A stretch of 64,000 nucleotides of DNA, taken from an uncultured Armatimonadia bacterium (lineage in GTDB: Bacteria > Armatimonadota > Zipacnadia > CAVVLO01). The stretch spans positions 480,001 to 544,000 of the forward strand of contig CAVVLO010000002.1 in NCBI GenBank assembly GCA_963749155.1, given 5' to 3'. The position numbers and the translations under genes were made by a program. The notes under the pieces are model-generated. The model was not told the origin of the DNA and made no database searches. It saw only the letters and a program-made list of their open reading frames with translations. The stretch's first letter is position 1, and each line of letters opens with the position of its first letter. Shown piece by piece: positions 52,736-63,426 of the stretch.

Positions 52736-55700
52736 ATGGAAACCTGGCAGCCTCTGTTCTTTCTTGTTTGCCTGCTCGCACTGACCGCTGGCCTGGGATG
52801 GCCAGCCCCTGCCTCGGAAGGCCTGATTCTGCATCTCGACGCCGCCGCGCAGGTGGCAGCAGGGGGCCTTGGCCCGGAGAACAATGTCTGGACCAACCTG
52901 GCCGGCCAACCCGACTCGGTGGCGGGCTCGGTGCGACTACGGCATTTCGGAGAGAGCGTCCAATACGGCTGGGTTGGCGATGGCTCCCCTACCGCACCCT
53001 ATGCGCTGCGCTTCGATGGCAAGCAAACCTATGGCCAGGGGCCAGGCAATCTGGAGCTGCCCGAGCTTACCCTCGAAGCCTGGGCCAAGGTCGAGGGCCA
53101 CACCCTGCGGGCCGCGACGCTCATCGGTAACGACTTCGGGAAGGGGGGTATCTCGCTTCAAGTCGCCTCAGCCGCCGAGACAATCCAACTGCTACACGGA
53201 GTGACCTTTGCCCCGGTGGACGCCGAGGTCAGCCGGGGCGACTGGCATCAGGTGGTCGCCGTCATCAGTATGGACCAGGCGCTGTTCTATGTAGACGGCG
53301 CCTTTGCCTGCGCTCTGCCGCTTGACCAGAGAGCTCCAACCCGATCACCTCCCCGCCTTCGAGCTGGGCGGCGCGCACTTCCCGGAGCAGGATTATGCCG
53401 CCGCTGACGGCCTTATCGGCGAACTTGGGCTGGTGCGCGTCTACAATCGGTTGCTCTCACCCACTGAAGTAAAAGCTAACTTCGAGGCCGACCAGGCGCG
53501 GTTCGCCATCAGGTCACTGACCGAGCTTGGACCAGTTAGCTCGATGCCGATTCCCCAGGTACCTGGCGTCGCTACGGCACCTGTGCGATGCCTGAAGTGG
53601 GACTACTACTACAACCCGGTGCGCGTAGTCTCGAACGCAACCAATGCGCAGTGGGCCTTCAACGGCTATCCGGCCAAGGTGACCCATCCGGTCGAATTCA
53701 CCACCTGCACGGCGCCTGCGCCCACGTCCGACAAACCGGTCGAGCTGACCATCAACTATCGCAGGCCGGTCGCGCTAACGAAGTTCGTCCATTACTTCGA
53801 GGGCTGGCGTAACTGGGGCGCCTGGCGAGAGGTTGAAGTCTACACCAGTCCCGACCGGCTGGACTGGCAGCTACTTGAGAGCTTCACAGACCTGCCGCCG
53901 GACTTCCCCCAGGTGCTGGCCTTCGACCAGCCGCGCCTTGCCCAGTATTATAAGGTGGTAGTCAAGGCTCTCGCGCCCTCAACGCCTGGCTTCAACACAC
54001 AGGAACTGGAGGCCTGGTATGGGGCCTCGGTCACAACGGTCGAAGCAGGCCAACCCGTGCAGTCGGAGTCCTTCCGGCTGCGTGTGCGTCTCGCCAGCCC
54101 CGACGCGTCGCTGTCCGGCGCCACCATCAAGCTGATCGCGCCTGACGGCGCTCTCTCGGGCGCGCTGGAAGCGCCTGTGCCGACAATCGAGCCCGGCTCC
54201 TCGGCGCTCGCAAGCTTGACTGTCACGCCGCTCACCCAGGGCGAAGTGCCCCTCCGGCTGGAACTGTGGGCCGGTGGCTTCCTCATCGACCAGCGCCCCT
54301 ATACACTGCGGGTCGCGCCCAAACTGGTCTTCTCCTCAGTTACCCCCACAGGTGGTAGCCTGGTCGAAACTGGCTCTCAGGTGAAACTGACCGGCCAACT
54401 CACAAACGCTGGGGCGACCGCCGCCGAGGACGTCGAGGTGACCTGGCAGGGCAAGCGCATCGCGGCTTGGAACACTTGCCCCTGACGCTTCGGCAGACTT
54501 CGAGCTGAATCGCAACCGCCAAAGCGGGTTATACCGAAGGTGGATTGGTCGCCAAGAGCGCCGATGGCGCGACCACAACACTGCGCAGAGCGGTAATTGC
54601 CGCCAAAACCGATACTGTCGCGGTGCAGTGTCCCTCTGCCGACTGGCGTTGGAGCAATTCTGACAGAAGGACTTGCCTTCTCGGCGAGGCTGCAGGGGGC
54701 AGAGCCGCTTACCGGTGAACTGAGACTGCTCGTAGCCGGCGCACCGGTGGCGCTGACACCGGTGGGTGCTTCGCAGCTTGCGGCTCTGGTGCCGGGCGCA
54801 GTGCTGCTCCTATCTGCCCAGCCGGCGAGAGACGGGCGACCTGGCTCTCGACTGCCGCTTGATTCCCGATGACCCCACCCCCCTCGTGAGGCCCTGGGCA
54901 GTCTTTGACTTCCAGCTTGGCCTTGCCGATACGCAAGTCTGCTTCCGCCCCCACATCGACTGGTATACCGTCGAACACGGGCCAAACTTCAAACCTACAC
55001 TCAGCGCTGGCAACAGCCCGACCCGGATGCTGTGCCTGGCGACCGACGATGCGACGCTCTCGCTGGTGCCGGACTGCGACAACACTTACTGGGGCTTCAC
55101 CCCTGACAACAGGATGACGGCGAACTTCCAGGTGCCGCTCGGTCCACGCGATGCGCTGAACACTGGCCTCTGGCGTCCTGTGCTGGAGGCGCCAGACCAC
55201 TTCCGCCTGACACTGGCAGCGCGTCCGGGTGATTGGTGGGAGGCCTACCGGCACATCGTCGCCGACCTCTTCCAGTTTGAGCAGCCCAGGCAGTGGGCGA
55301 TGCCAATTAGCCAGATGCAACAACTGACTATCAAAGAACTGATGAGCGCCCAGGCCTGGAGCGAGCGCTGGCAAAACACGAAGGTGCTCTCGAGCGACGA
55401 CCTTTTCTGGCCCTTCTACAGCACCGCTTATGCCCTGCCGGCGCTCTATTCGTGGTACCTGGCGACCGATGACACTATCGCCCTGGACAAGTCGCACAAG
55501 GTGGTCGACTGGCTCCTCGCCGTCGAGCAGCAGGACGGCCCGATGGCAGGCGGGTGGAATACCAGCTATTGGGCTGAAGGCGATCCTCCCAGACTCGTCG
55601 GAGGTGACTTCATCCGCAACCGCTGGTTCATCCCTCATGGTACGGGCGCGGTCGTGAAGACCTTGATGTGGTACTGGAAAGCCAGTGGCGGGCAGGATGG

Positions 55701-56868
55701 TCGGGTGCTCGCGGCCGCAAGGCGAGGCGGAGAATGGTTATTGCGAACGATGAAGCCTGATGGCGGCTGGCCGTATGCCTTCGACAGCGAAGGCAACCGT
55801 ATCACCGACCAGTGCGGCGCCGGGCAGATCTGGTGTACCTGGGCCCTGTGGGAGCTATATCAGGCCACAGGCGATGAACGCTACCGCGATGCGGCGCTGA
55901 AGTCGAAAGACTACTTCCGCGACCGGTTTATGGCTGTCCACAGGTATGTCGGCTACTGGGAAGACACGGTCGGCATCAGCAAGCAACAGACCGAGAGCAT
56001 CGGCAGTTGGGAAGGCTATGAGCCGGCACTTGCCATCCTGGCCTTCTCCGAGATGGGCGATGAACAACTAGCCCTTGCCGCGGCCGAGGATGCCGCCGTC
56101 CACTCCTGGACGCGTGTCCCAAGCACGCGCACCTACGAGACTTCATATGGTCAGACGACCGAACAGGCCACCTGCGGGCCTTCTCAAGCCCAGTCGCCGC
56201 TGGTGGGAGTGGCCTTCCACGAAGCCTATATGCTGACCGGCGACCCGCTCTGGCACGCGCTTTCGGGCGCCGTGAAAGCCGTGAACTTCTGCGCCGACCC
56301 GGAGCAAAACTGGGGTATGGTCGCAACCAGCGGGTGGAATATCCCACTTGCAGGAGTCACTGGTCCGCCGTATGAGAACGTCCGCCCGAGCGTCACTCCC
56401 GATATGCAACGGGGCGACTACGGCCGCCAGCTCTGGACGGGCTGGTGTACCGACCAGTTCGCCTGGCTTGCTCTCGAATGGCTGGTCCGGGAGGCCAACA
56501 GCCGCGCGCCGGAGTATCTCTCCCTCGACCCAGTCACCTTCCGGGGCACCGTACTCGGGGCTCCGGGGCGAGTCAAATTGCCCGAATCGAAGTGTGACAT
56601 CACGAGTTTCGAGCACTACGACATCAACTGGGTCGGTTATCAGAACGACCTGCAATACGCGCTGTTGGTGATGAACCATAAAGAAGCCGTCCGCATCGCC
56701 GTGCGCCCACAGGAAGCCCATCTGGACGTCTACACCAAGCCGCCGAAGCTGCTGATTTCCGACCAGGGCAAATGGCGCGAAGTCGAGGCGCATAAGGACG
56801 GCATCCAGTATATCGTCGAAGTGCCCGCCGAAGGCAACGCGCTGTTCATCTGGGATCGTATCAAATAA
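52736..56868 (+). CDS. Paralogue of 47011..51190 with the same architecture; about five frameshifts (near 53325, 54466, 54508, 54650 and 54828)
   Basis: Joins ORFs 52718..53407, 53304..54485, 54597..54872 and 54766..56868. Colinear with the first copy, ending NALFIWDRIK versus NALFVWDKIK. Confidence 0.8.
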
Positions 56869-56902
56869 CGGGCTCCGGCCCGAGTGCCAAGGAGGCACGA
56901 AG

Positions 56903-57743
56903 ATGAAGCTCGGATTCACGACTTATGGCAATCTGGCAATGCTAGACTTCGCAAAGCAGGAGGGCTTCGGCTGCCTGGAGTTCACCAGCCTGCCTGGCTA
57001 CCCCAATATGGATCTGGTCGCCGACCTGGCCGATCCGGGCGCGCTGGCCGACTTCAAGGGGCAGATTAGCGCCTCGGGCCTGGAGGTGCAGTCCATCATC
57101 ACCGCCGTCAACCCGATGGCCGTCGACGAGCACAAGACCTGGCTCGCTGGGCTGATCCAAGTCGCGGGCAAGCTGGGCATCCGTTATGTCTCGACTACCT
57201 CCGGTCAGAATCCGGCCCTCTCCCTCGACGATAATGTGAAGCTTTTCGGGCAGGTCTATCGCGAATTGGTCAAACTGGCCGACGACTCAGGCGTTGGTAT
57301 TGTGTTCGAGAACTGCCTGCACGGGTATCCGGCTCGGCCAAAACATCGCAGTCAACCCCGAGACTTGGGAGAAAGTCTTCAACGAGGTCGACTCGCCCAC
57401 CCTTGGCCTCGAGTTCGACCCTTCGCATCTGATGTTCCAGTTCATCGACCCGGTGGCAGCCGCCAGAGAGTTCGCAAGTCGTATCTACATCCTGCACGCG
57501 AAGGACACTGAGATACTCGAAGAAGAGCTTGCCTGGGGAGGCCTTTACTCGCTGAAGGGTTATTGGCGCTTCCGGCTGCCCGGTTACGGAGAGTGCGATT
57601 GGGCGGGGCTATTCCAGGTGCTGCGCGAGGCCAGCTTCGAGGGCAATGTGATCATCGAGCACGAGGATCCGGTCTTCCACGGGGAACTCTATGAGCAAGG
57701 GCTGCGCATCGGCAAACGTTTCCTGGAGCCCTTTGTCTGGTAG
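56903..57743 (+). CDS. Sugar phosphate isomerase/epimerase (TIM barrel); frameshift near 57331
   Basis: GIVFENC, GLEFDPSHL, LHAKD, RFRLPGYGECDW and IEHED. Confidence 0.9.
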
Positions 57744-57758
57744 CTGGGAGGATATTCT

Positions 57759-60056
57759 GTGCTGTTAAGACTGCTCGTGGGCGTGATGCTGATGGCCACT
57801 GCGCTTTGTGCTGCCACGCCGCAAGGCCCCAACCTGCTCGCGAATCCCGGCTTCGAAGAAGAAGGTGGCTGGCAGTCCTTTGGCAGCGGATTTTCCTTTG
57901 ACAATGCAGAACACCATTCTGGCCAGCGTTCGCTGCGCCTGACTGGCGAGAGCTTTGACGGCGCGCAGGGCGCAATGCAGCAACTCGTCTTCGAGACACC
58001 GCTTAAAGGACCGCTACTTGTTAGTGCATGGAGCAAGGCCGAGGGCGCCGAGGTCCAGCAGGACTATAACCTCTACCTCGATGTCATCTATACTGACGGA
58101 TCGCCCGACTGGGGCATCCGCGCCAACTTCGCCTCGGGCACCCACGACTGGGAAGAAGCGCGATTGGTCTTCTCGCCCGCTAAACCCATCGCCCGGATCG
58201 ATGTCCACGTGCTCTTCCGCCGCGCAACTGGCACGGTGTGGGTAGACGATGTCACCGTGGAACCGCTGCCCTTCGAGCTTGGCGAGGTGCAGTTTGCCAC
58301 AGACCTGGTGGAAACAGGGGGCCGTGCCAGCGTCCAGCTTGCCTGCACAGGCCCTGTAGACTGGCAGCTCGAGTTGCTGCAGGCTGGCGCAAGCCTTGGC
58401 CTTATCAAGGGCTCTGGGAAGCTGCTGCGTGGCACCTGGGAAAGATTAGAAGAAGGTCCTGCCAGACTCGAAGTGACTGCCACAGATCCCTTCTCAGGTC
58501 AGGCAGAACGCCTCTCTCGCGATTTTGAGATCGCTGCTCAAGGCTCGCCACTGCTCCTCTGGACCGCCTCAAGCTGCACCAACGTGACCGACGAGAGTCC
58601 TCCAGGCTCCGACCAGGCCCTCCGGCCGCAAGCGGCGCGCGGCGAGTGGGAAAGCGGCCAGGTCGTGGTTTGCTCAGGCCTTGGTCAGGTTGAAGTCTGG
58701 GGTCAGTGCTCGACTCTGAGAGGGCCAGATGGCGCGTTGATTGGCGATGCCGAGGTCTCTCTCAGGCGCGTAGCGCTTGTTGCAGGCCACCCCGATGCCT
58801 TGCTGCCAATGAAACCGATTCGACTCCAGCCCTGGCAACAGCAGGCCTTTTGGCTTTCCGTCCATGTGCCGGAAAGCACTCCCGCCGGCCTCTATGAAGG
58901 GCGCATAACCCTGTACAGCCGGCGCGAGGGAGGCTCTCTCTCCGGCACAACCGTGCCAGTCACCCTTGAGGTCTGGCGTGGCGCGCTGCCTCTCACCCCC
59001 AGCCTGCCTGCCGTGTTTGGCATCTCGGATAAAATGTTTTCCGACCGCTACGGCCTTACGGAAGGCTCCCCCGAGTGGGGCGCAGCCCTTGCTCGCTGGT
59101 GGCGTTTTCTGATGGACTACAGGATGGCCCCATATTTTTGTCGCTGGCAGTGGGACAGGCAGCCTCAACATTACTCCTATGCCGCGCCCTATCCCATCGG
59201 AGACGAACGGGCCGACGAGTTTCTCTCCGATCCACGCCTGACTGCAATCGCTGTCCCTTATCCCCTTGACGGCGACCTGGCCCAGCTTGCGCCGCGGCTT
59301 GCATATCTTAAGGCCAAGGGCTGGCTCGGACGCGCCTATCTCTACCCGTGGGACGAACCTCTCGAGCTTGCCCAGTATGAGCAAATCAAGGGCTGGGCGG
59401 CTGATGTCCATTCTCTTGCACCCGAGGCGCGCCTTCTTGTCACCTACTATGCAGGCCCTGGCCAGGGGCCCCATCAAGGCCAACTCGATGCGGTACCAGA
59501 CCTGTTCGGCGGGGCAGTGCAAGTATATGCGATGGGTCAGGGCTCCACAGGGGACAGCGACGATTACTGGCAGCAAATCAGCCCGAAGCTGAAGCCGGGG
59601 CAGGAATGGTGGCTCTATGTCTGTTGCGGGCCTGGTAACCCCTCGCCCAACCTGTTCATCACGCCAGATGGCTTCCAGAATCGCGCTGTGCTCTGGCGGC
59701 TATGGCGCGAGCAGGCTCAGGGGTTCCTCTACTGGGCGGTCAACAGTTACGGGGCCGACACCGCCGAGGGCAAGCTAGCCTTCAACCCGGGCCTTCCGGA
59801 TGGGGATGGCGTGCTGGTCTATCCGGGCGAAGCTTTCGGGGAAGAAGGTCCTGTCGCCTCGGTGCGCCTCGAACGCTGGCGAGACAGTGCCGAGGACTGG
59901 GAATATCTGCAACTGCTCGAAGCCCAGAGCGGTCGGCAAGCCACACTGGAGGCGCTCTCCAGAGTCTATCGCAGCTACAACTCGTATGCGACAGAGGGAC
60001 AACAGGTGGAGGACTGGCGGCGGGAGATGGCTCTCAGGCTGGGGTGGACAGATTAG
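57759..60056 (+). CDS. Secreted CBM4/9-like + GH123-like (DUF4091) glycoside hydrolase
   Basis: NLLANPGFE...VWVDDV CBM; AARGEWESGQ; YPWDEP; GFLYW...GDGVLVYPG...SVRLERWRDSAEDWEYL. Confidence 0.8.
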   Translation: MLLRLLVGVMLMATALCAATPQGPNLLANPGFEEEGGWQSFGSGFSFDNAEHHSGQRSLRLTGESFDGAQGAMQQLVFETPLKGPLLVSAWSKAEGAEVQQDYNLYLDVIYTDGSPDWGIRANFASGTHDWEEARLVFSPAKPIARIDVHVLFRRATGTVWVDDVTVEPLPFELGEVQFATDLVETGGRASVQLACTGPVDWQLELLQAGASLGLIKGSGKLLRGTWERLEEGPARLEVTATDPFSGQAERLSRDFEIAAQGSPLLLWTASSCTNVTDESPPGSDQALRPQAARGEWESGQVVVCSGLGQVEVWGQCSTLRGPDGALIGDAEVSLRRVALVAGHPDALLPMKPIRLQPWQQQAFWLSVHVPESTPAGLYEGRITLYSRREGGSLSGTTVPVTLEVWRGALPLTPSLPAVFGISDKMFSDRYGLTEGSPEWGAALARWWRFLMDYRMAPYFCRWQWDRQPQHYSYAAPYPIGDERADEFLSDPRLTAIAVPYPLDGDLAQLAPRLAYLKAKGWLGRAYLYPWDEPLELAQYEQIKGWAADVHSLAPEARLLVTYYAGPGQGPHQGQLDAVPDLFGGAVQVYAMGQGSTGDSDDYWQQISPKLKPGQEWWLYVCCGPGNPSPNLFITPDGFQNRAVLWRLWREQAQGFLYWAVNSYGADTAEGKLAFNPGLPDGDGVLVYPGEAFGEEGPVASVRLERWRDSAEDWEYLQLLEAQSGRQATLEALSRVYRSYNSYATEGQQVEDWRREMALRLGWTD

Positions 60057-61010
60057 AAGAGGCCCTTTTCCTCGTCCAGTGGAAGGAGTTGCTGCAGCGT
60101 TTCGCCAACTGGCAGGCGCGGTAGCAATTTGCTTTCCAGCTCTTCTACAACCCAATTCAAGGTGGCCAGCACCAGGCGGAGTTCTCGGGCAGTCAGATAG
60201 CGAAGGCCTGTCAGCACGGGGATGCGCAACACGCAGTCGCCTGTATCAGCCTCAATCCCCACACTGCCGAGTTTCAGGTTCGAGTTGAGTTCGAGCAGTT
60301 CTCGGATTACCCAATCTCTGCCTTCCAGCCTGGACTGGGAGATAAGCCCAGTGCGGAAATCAATCAGGGCGCCTTGCTCCTGGACAGAGGCGAGGAGCAG
60401 ATAGCGTTCACCGCGCACGCGAGCTACCAGTTGAATTTGCTGCCCTTTGTTACTGCGCGTATACGGCAGGTCGAAGGACTCTGCCAACCCGCACAAAGCC
60501 TCTAGCGCAGCTTCAGCCCCCGTCACTGGGGGGCTCCCCGGGAAGGTCATCCAGCACATCCCAGAAGGCATCGTCCAGCGACTTAACAGGCAGTTGGCCC
60601 ATCTCGGCCAACTGGCGCAGCCGGGCTCTGTACCGGAGGTGACAATTCGTTACTACGTTGAAAGCCAGCTCCAGTTGCCGAAGACAGAGTCCATCCTCGC
60701 CCAGCGGGAAGAATACCTCGAGGGTGACATCGCCTGTTTTGGGTTCATAGACAAAACGCCCCACGCCAAGTCGCGCGTTGAGTTCGAGCAGTTCACGGAA
60801 AAGCAGCACATCAGCCGAGGTGCCTTTTGCCGTGACGAAGTTGGGAACTCTGAAGACCGCCAGTTTTGCCTCGTCGAGAGCGGTGACATGCACATAGACA
60901 AGCTCGTGCTCCAGCACCAGCGGAACAAGCAGCCCGCTTCTTGAGCCTTCATACCAGTCCAGGCCCTGGTGATTAAGCATCAGCTTCAACTGTTGAAGGA
61001 TGGAAAGCAC
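60053..61010 (-). CDS. Tandem YbjN-like (type III chaperone fold) domain protein: one gene with a frameshift near 60530, or two overlapping genes
   Basis: ORFs 60513..61010 and 60053..60571 each carry RELLELN...G.f/v...TGD; the junction lies in G/C homopolymer runs. Confidence 0.65.
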
Positions 61011-61149
61011 CTGGCCTCACCTGCCTGAAGGAGTAATTCTATGGGGCGATGATTAGAAGATACCACAGCCTGTTCGTTCTGGAATCACCACCGCCAGATC
61101 CCATCGGCAAGCCTCTGCCGTCCTCTGTTGGAAACCCGATTGGCGCAGT

Positions 61150-61181
61150 AGAAGGCGCCCTCTGGATTTCCAGAGAGCGCC
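61150..61181 (-). terminator. Probable terminator of the ABC operon
   Basis: Minus strand GGCGCTCTCTGG-AAAT-CCAGAGGGCGCC followed by TTCT (short U tract). Confidence 0.55.
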
Positions 61182-61248
61182 CTGGGTAAATCAGTCTGAC
61201 CTGCCGGCTTTGACTTTGCCGGAAGCGGTCGAAACAGGCTTGCCACAC

Positions 61249-62196
61249 CTACTTCGCTTTAGCCTCGAGCTTCTTGATAGTGTCCTTCAAAAACTGCACG
61301 AAGGGCGAAGTGTTGGCCGGGTCGAAGGGATTCATCATCTGCCCGCCAGAAGGCCCACCAGCACCACCAGGTCCGCCGGCGCCGCCGCCCATACCGCCAG
61401 GAGGCCCGCCCATACCGCCGCCAGGACCACCTGGACCACGGTTTCCACCCCCGGCCCCACCGGGGCCACCGGAGCCGCGATTGCCACCGCCAGGCCCACC
61501 AGGCCCGCCACCAAAACCACCAGGCGGCGGTTGCTGCATAGCGGTGAGCTGAGCCTCGGTAAGTGCGCCTTTCACACCGGCAAGCGCGGTCTTTACAGTC
61601 TGCTCGCCAGGCATACCGGCCTTGCGTAGCGGGGCTATCGCCGCCAGCACCTTCTTGGCCTGGGTTGCCGACAAGGGTTGCTTGCCTTCCGTTTCAAGTC
61701 GTCCTATCCCCCCCATTAGACCAAGCACCTGGAAGAACTCCATGGCGCCAGGCTGCATCTGAGGGGAGGGGCGCGACGCCCCACCGGAGGAGGGGACGGT
61801 ATTGGACGTCGCGCCACCGCCAGGCCCTGTGCCTCGCTGTTGACCGCCCGTCAGCGGCCTTCCCGAAGCTGGGCCACCAGTCCGGCCTGTTCCCTGGGAG
61901 GTTAATCCCGGACTGGTTTGAGCTACTCCCGGTGTGCCGCCGGGAGCTTGGCTGGGAGAGTTTGCGCCAGGAGCAGCAGGGCCGCCTTGACCGATGGGGG
62001 GCATCTGACCAGGCTCACCCTGGGAACCGCCAGGCTCTGCACCCTGCGCAAACTGATCTCCCTCCTGCCCGGGGGGGGGCAGAATCTCATATCTCACTGT
62101 GGGTACTTTTAGCCACAGAAAGCTGCCATAACCAAGTCCTGCAAGCAAAGCGAGAGTGACCAGGACCGTAGGCCACTTTCTCAACAGACCTCGCAT
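61249..62196 (-). CDS. Membrane-anchored Gly/Pro-rich protein
   Basis: N-terminal TM helix, long P/G/Q/S/T linker, small helical domain, GGPGG repeats and an amphipathic C-terminus; RBS GAGGAG. Confidence 0.75.
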   Translation of the reverse strand: MRGLLRKWPTVLVTLALLAGLGYGSFLWLKVPTVRYEILPPPGQEGDQFAQGAEPGGSQGEPGQMPPIGQGGPAAPGANSPSQAPGGTPGVAQTSPGLTSQGTGRTGGPASGRPLTGGQQRGTGPGGGATSNTVPSSGGASRPSPQMQPGAMEFFQVLGLMGGIGRLETEGKQPLSATQAKKVLAAIAPLRKAGMPGEQTVKTALAGVKGALTEAQLTAMQQPPPGGFGGGPGGPGGGNRGSGGPGGAGGGNRGPGGPGGGMGGPPGGMGGGAGGPGGAGGPSGGQMMNPFDPANTSPFVQFLKDTIKKLEAKAK

Positions 62197-62214
62197 ACTC
62201 CTCGTCCTCCTCTG

Positions 62215-63426
62215 TTACTCGTATCTCAACGCATCGATCGGATTCAGGCGCGAAGCCTGGCGGGCTGGGTAGTAGCCGAAGAAAACGCCCACGAAAGCCG
62301 CGAACCCAAAAGCGACCAGTATAGAGAGTGGAGAGACCGTCGCCTCCCACTGTGAAAACTTGCCCATAAAGAATGAGGCGATAACGCCAAGCACCACGCC
62401 TACAGAGCCCCCCGCCAGCGACAGCAGCAGCGCTTCCACCAGGAACTGAGCCCGGATATCTCGCCTGCGCGCCCCTATCGCGATACGGATGCCTATCTCA
62501 CGTGTCCGTTCTGTCACCGACACGAGCATTATGTTCATAATCCCTATGCCACCAACGATGAGCGACACACTGGCAATGCTAGCAAGCAGCAAGGTGAAGA
62601 CCCGGTTGGTCTCCTCGGCCATCTCGACGATGTCGGCCTGGCTGCGGATCATAAAAGCCTCGGCTGTCGGGTCGGTTATTTTATGCCGCTTGCGAAGCAG
62701 AGCGTCTACTTCTTCCTCTGCCTGGCTCATCTGGTCCATCGAGAGCCCCTGGACATCTATAGAGCGCACATACTGGGTGCCTATAAGGCGCTTCATTGCC
62801 GTGGTCACAGGAATGAAAACCTGATCGTCAGGATTCATCGGCCCCATAGCGCCTTTGGCTTTGGTCATCCCGACAATCTTGAATTCCAGTGCCCCAACCC
62901 GCATATATTCGCCGATTGGAGATTCGCCGCCAAACAAGGTCTCGGCGGTGTCAGGGCCGATGACAGCAACTTTACGTGACGATTCGGTCTCCACATCAGT
63001 GAACCAGCGCCCCTGGGCGATCTCCATATCCCGGATCGTCTCGTATTCGGGCGAGGTGCCAATGACCTGAGTATTGGTATTCTGGTTGCCATACTTGAGC
63101 TGCTCATTCGCTTGTACTTCTGGCGCGACTGCCTGGACCGAAGGACATTTGTCCGCTATTGCCTCAGCATCATCCAAAGTCAGAGTCTGACTACTGCCCA
63201 GGCTGCCTCTGACTGTGCCCGTCGACCGCCCTGCGAAGACGAACATCACATTGGTGCCCATCCGCTGGATGCGCTCCATCGTCTGAGCCTTCGCTCCGCG
63301 CGCTATGGCAAGCATCGTGATGACCGCCGCCACCCCGATGATGATGCCCAGCATGGTCAACGCAGCCCGAGGCTTGTTGGAAGCCAGGCTCTCCCACGCT
63401 GCCCGCATGCTTTCTCGTCGGTTCAT
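62215..63426 (-). CDS. MacB/FtsX-type ABC transporter permease
   Basis: [37 protein letters not shown] and [10 protein letters not shown]. Confidence 0.95.
   Translation of the reverse strand: MNRRESMRAAWESLASNKPRAALTMLGIIIGVAAVITMLAIARGAKAQTMERIQRMGTNVMFVFAGRSTGTVRGSLGSSQTLTLDDAEAIADKCPSVQAVAPEVQANEQLKYGNQNTNTQVIGTSPEYETIRDMEIAQGRWFTDVETESSRKVAVIGPDTAETLFGGESPIGEYMRVGALEFKIVGMTKAKGAMGPMNPDDQVFIPVTTAMKRLIGTQYVRSIDVQGLSMDQMSQAEEEVDALLRKRHKITDPTAEAFMIRSQADIVEMAEETNRVFTLLLASIASVSLIVGGIGIMNIMLVSVTERTREIGIRIAIGARRRDIRAQFLVEALLLSLAGGSVGVVLGVIASFFMGKFSQWEATVSPLSILVAFGFAAFVGVFFGYYPARQASRLNPIDALRYE

Noticed and set aside
4855..61010. Programmed frameshifting, stop-codon recoding or an alternative genetic code as the cause of split genes
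   Set aside because: The breaks are frame changes at unrelated sequence contexts, not in-frame stops or a shared slippery motif. TAA, TAG and TGA all end intact genes.
61340..61530. Repetitive CCACC/CCGCC DNA resembling a tandem repeat or CRISPR array
   Set aside because: It is explained by Gly/Pro codons of the 61249..62196 protein; there is no constant repeat-spacer structure and no cas gene.
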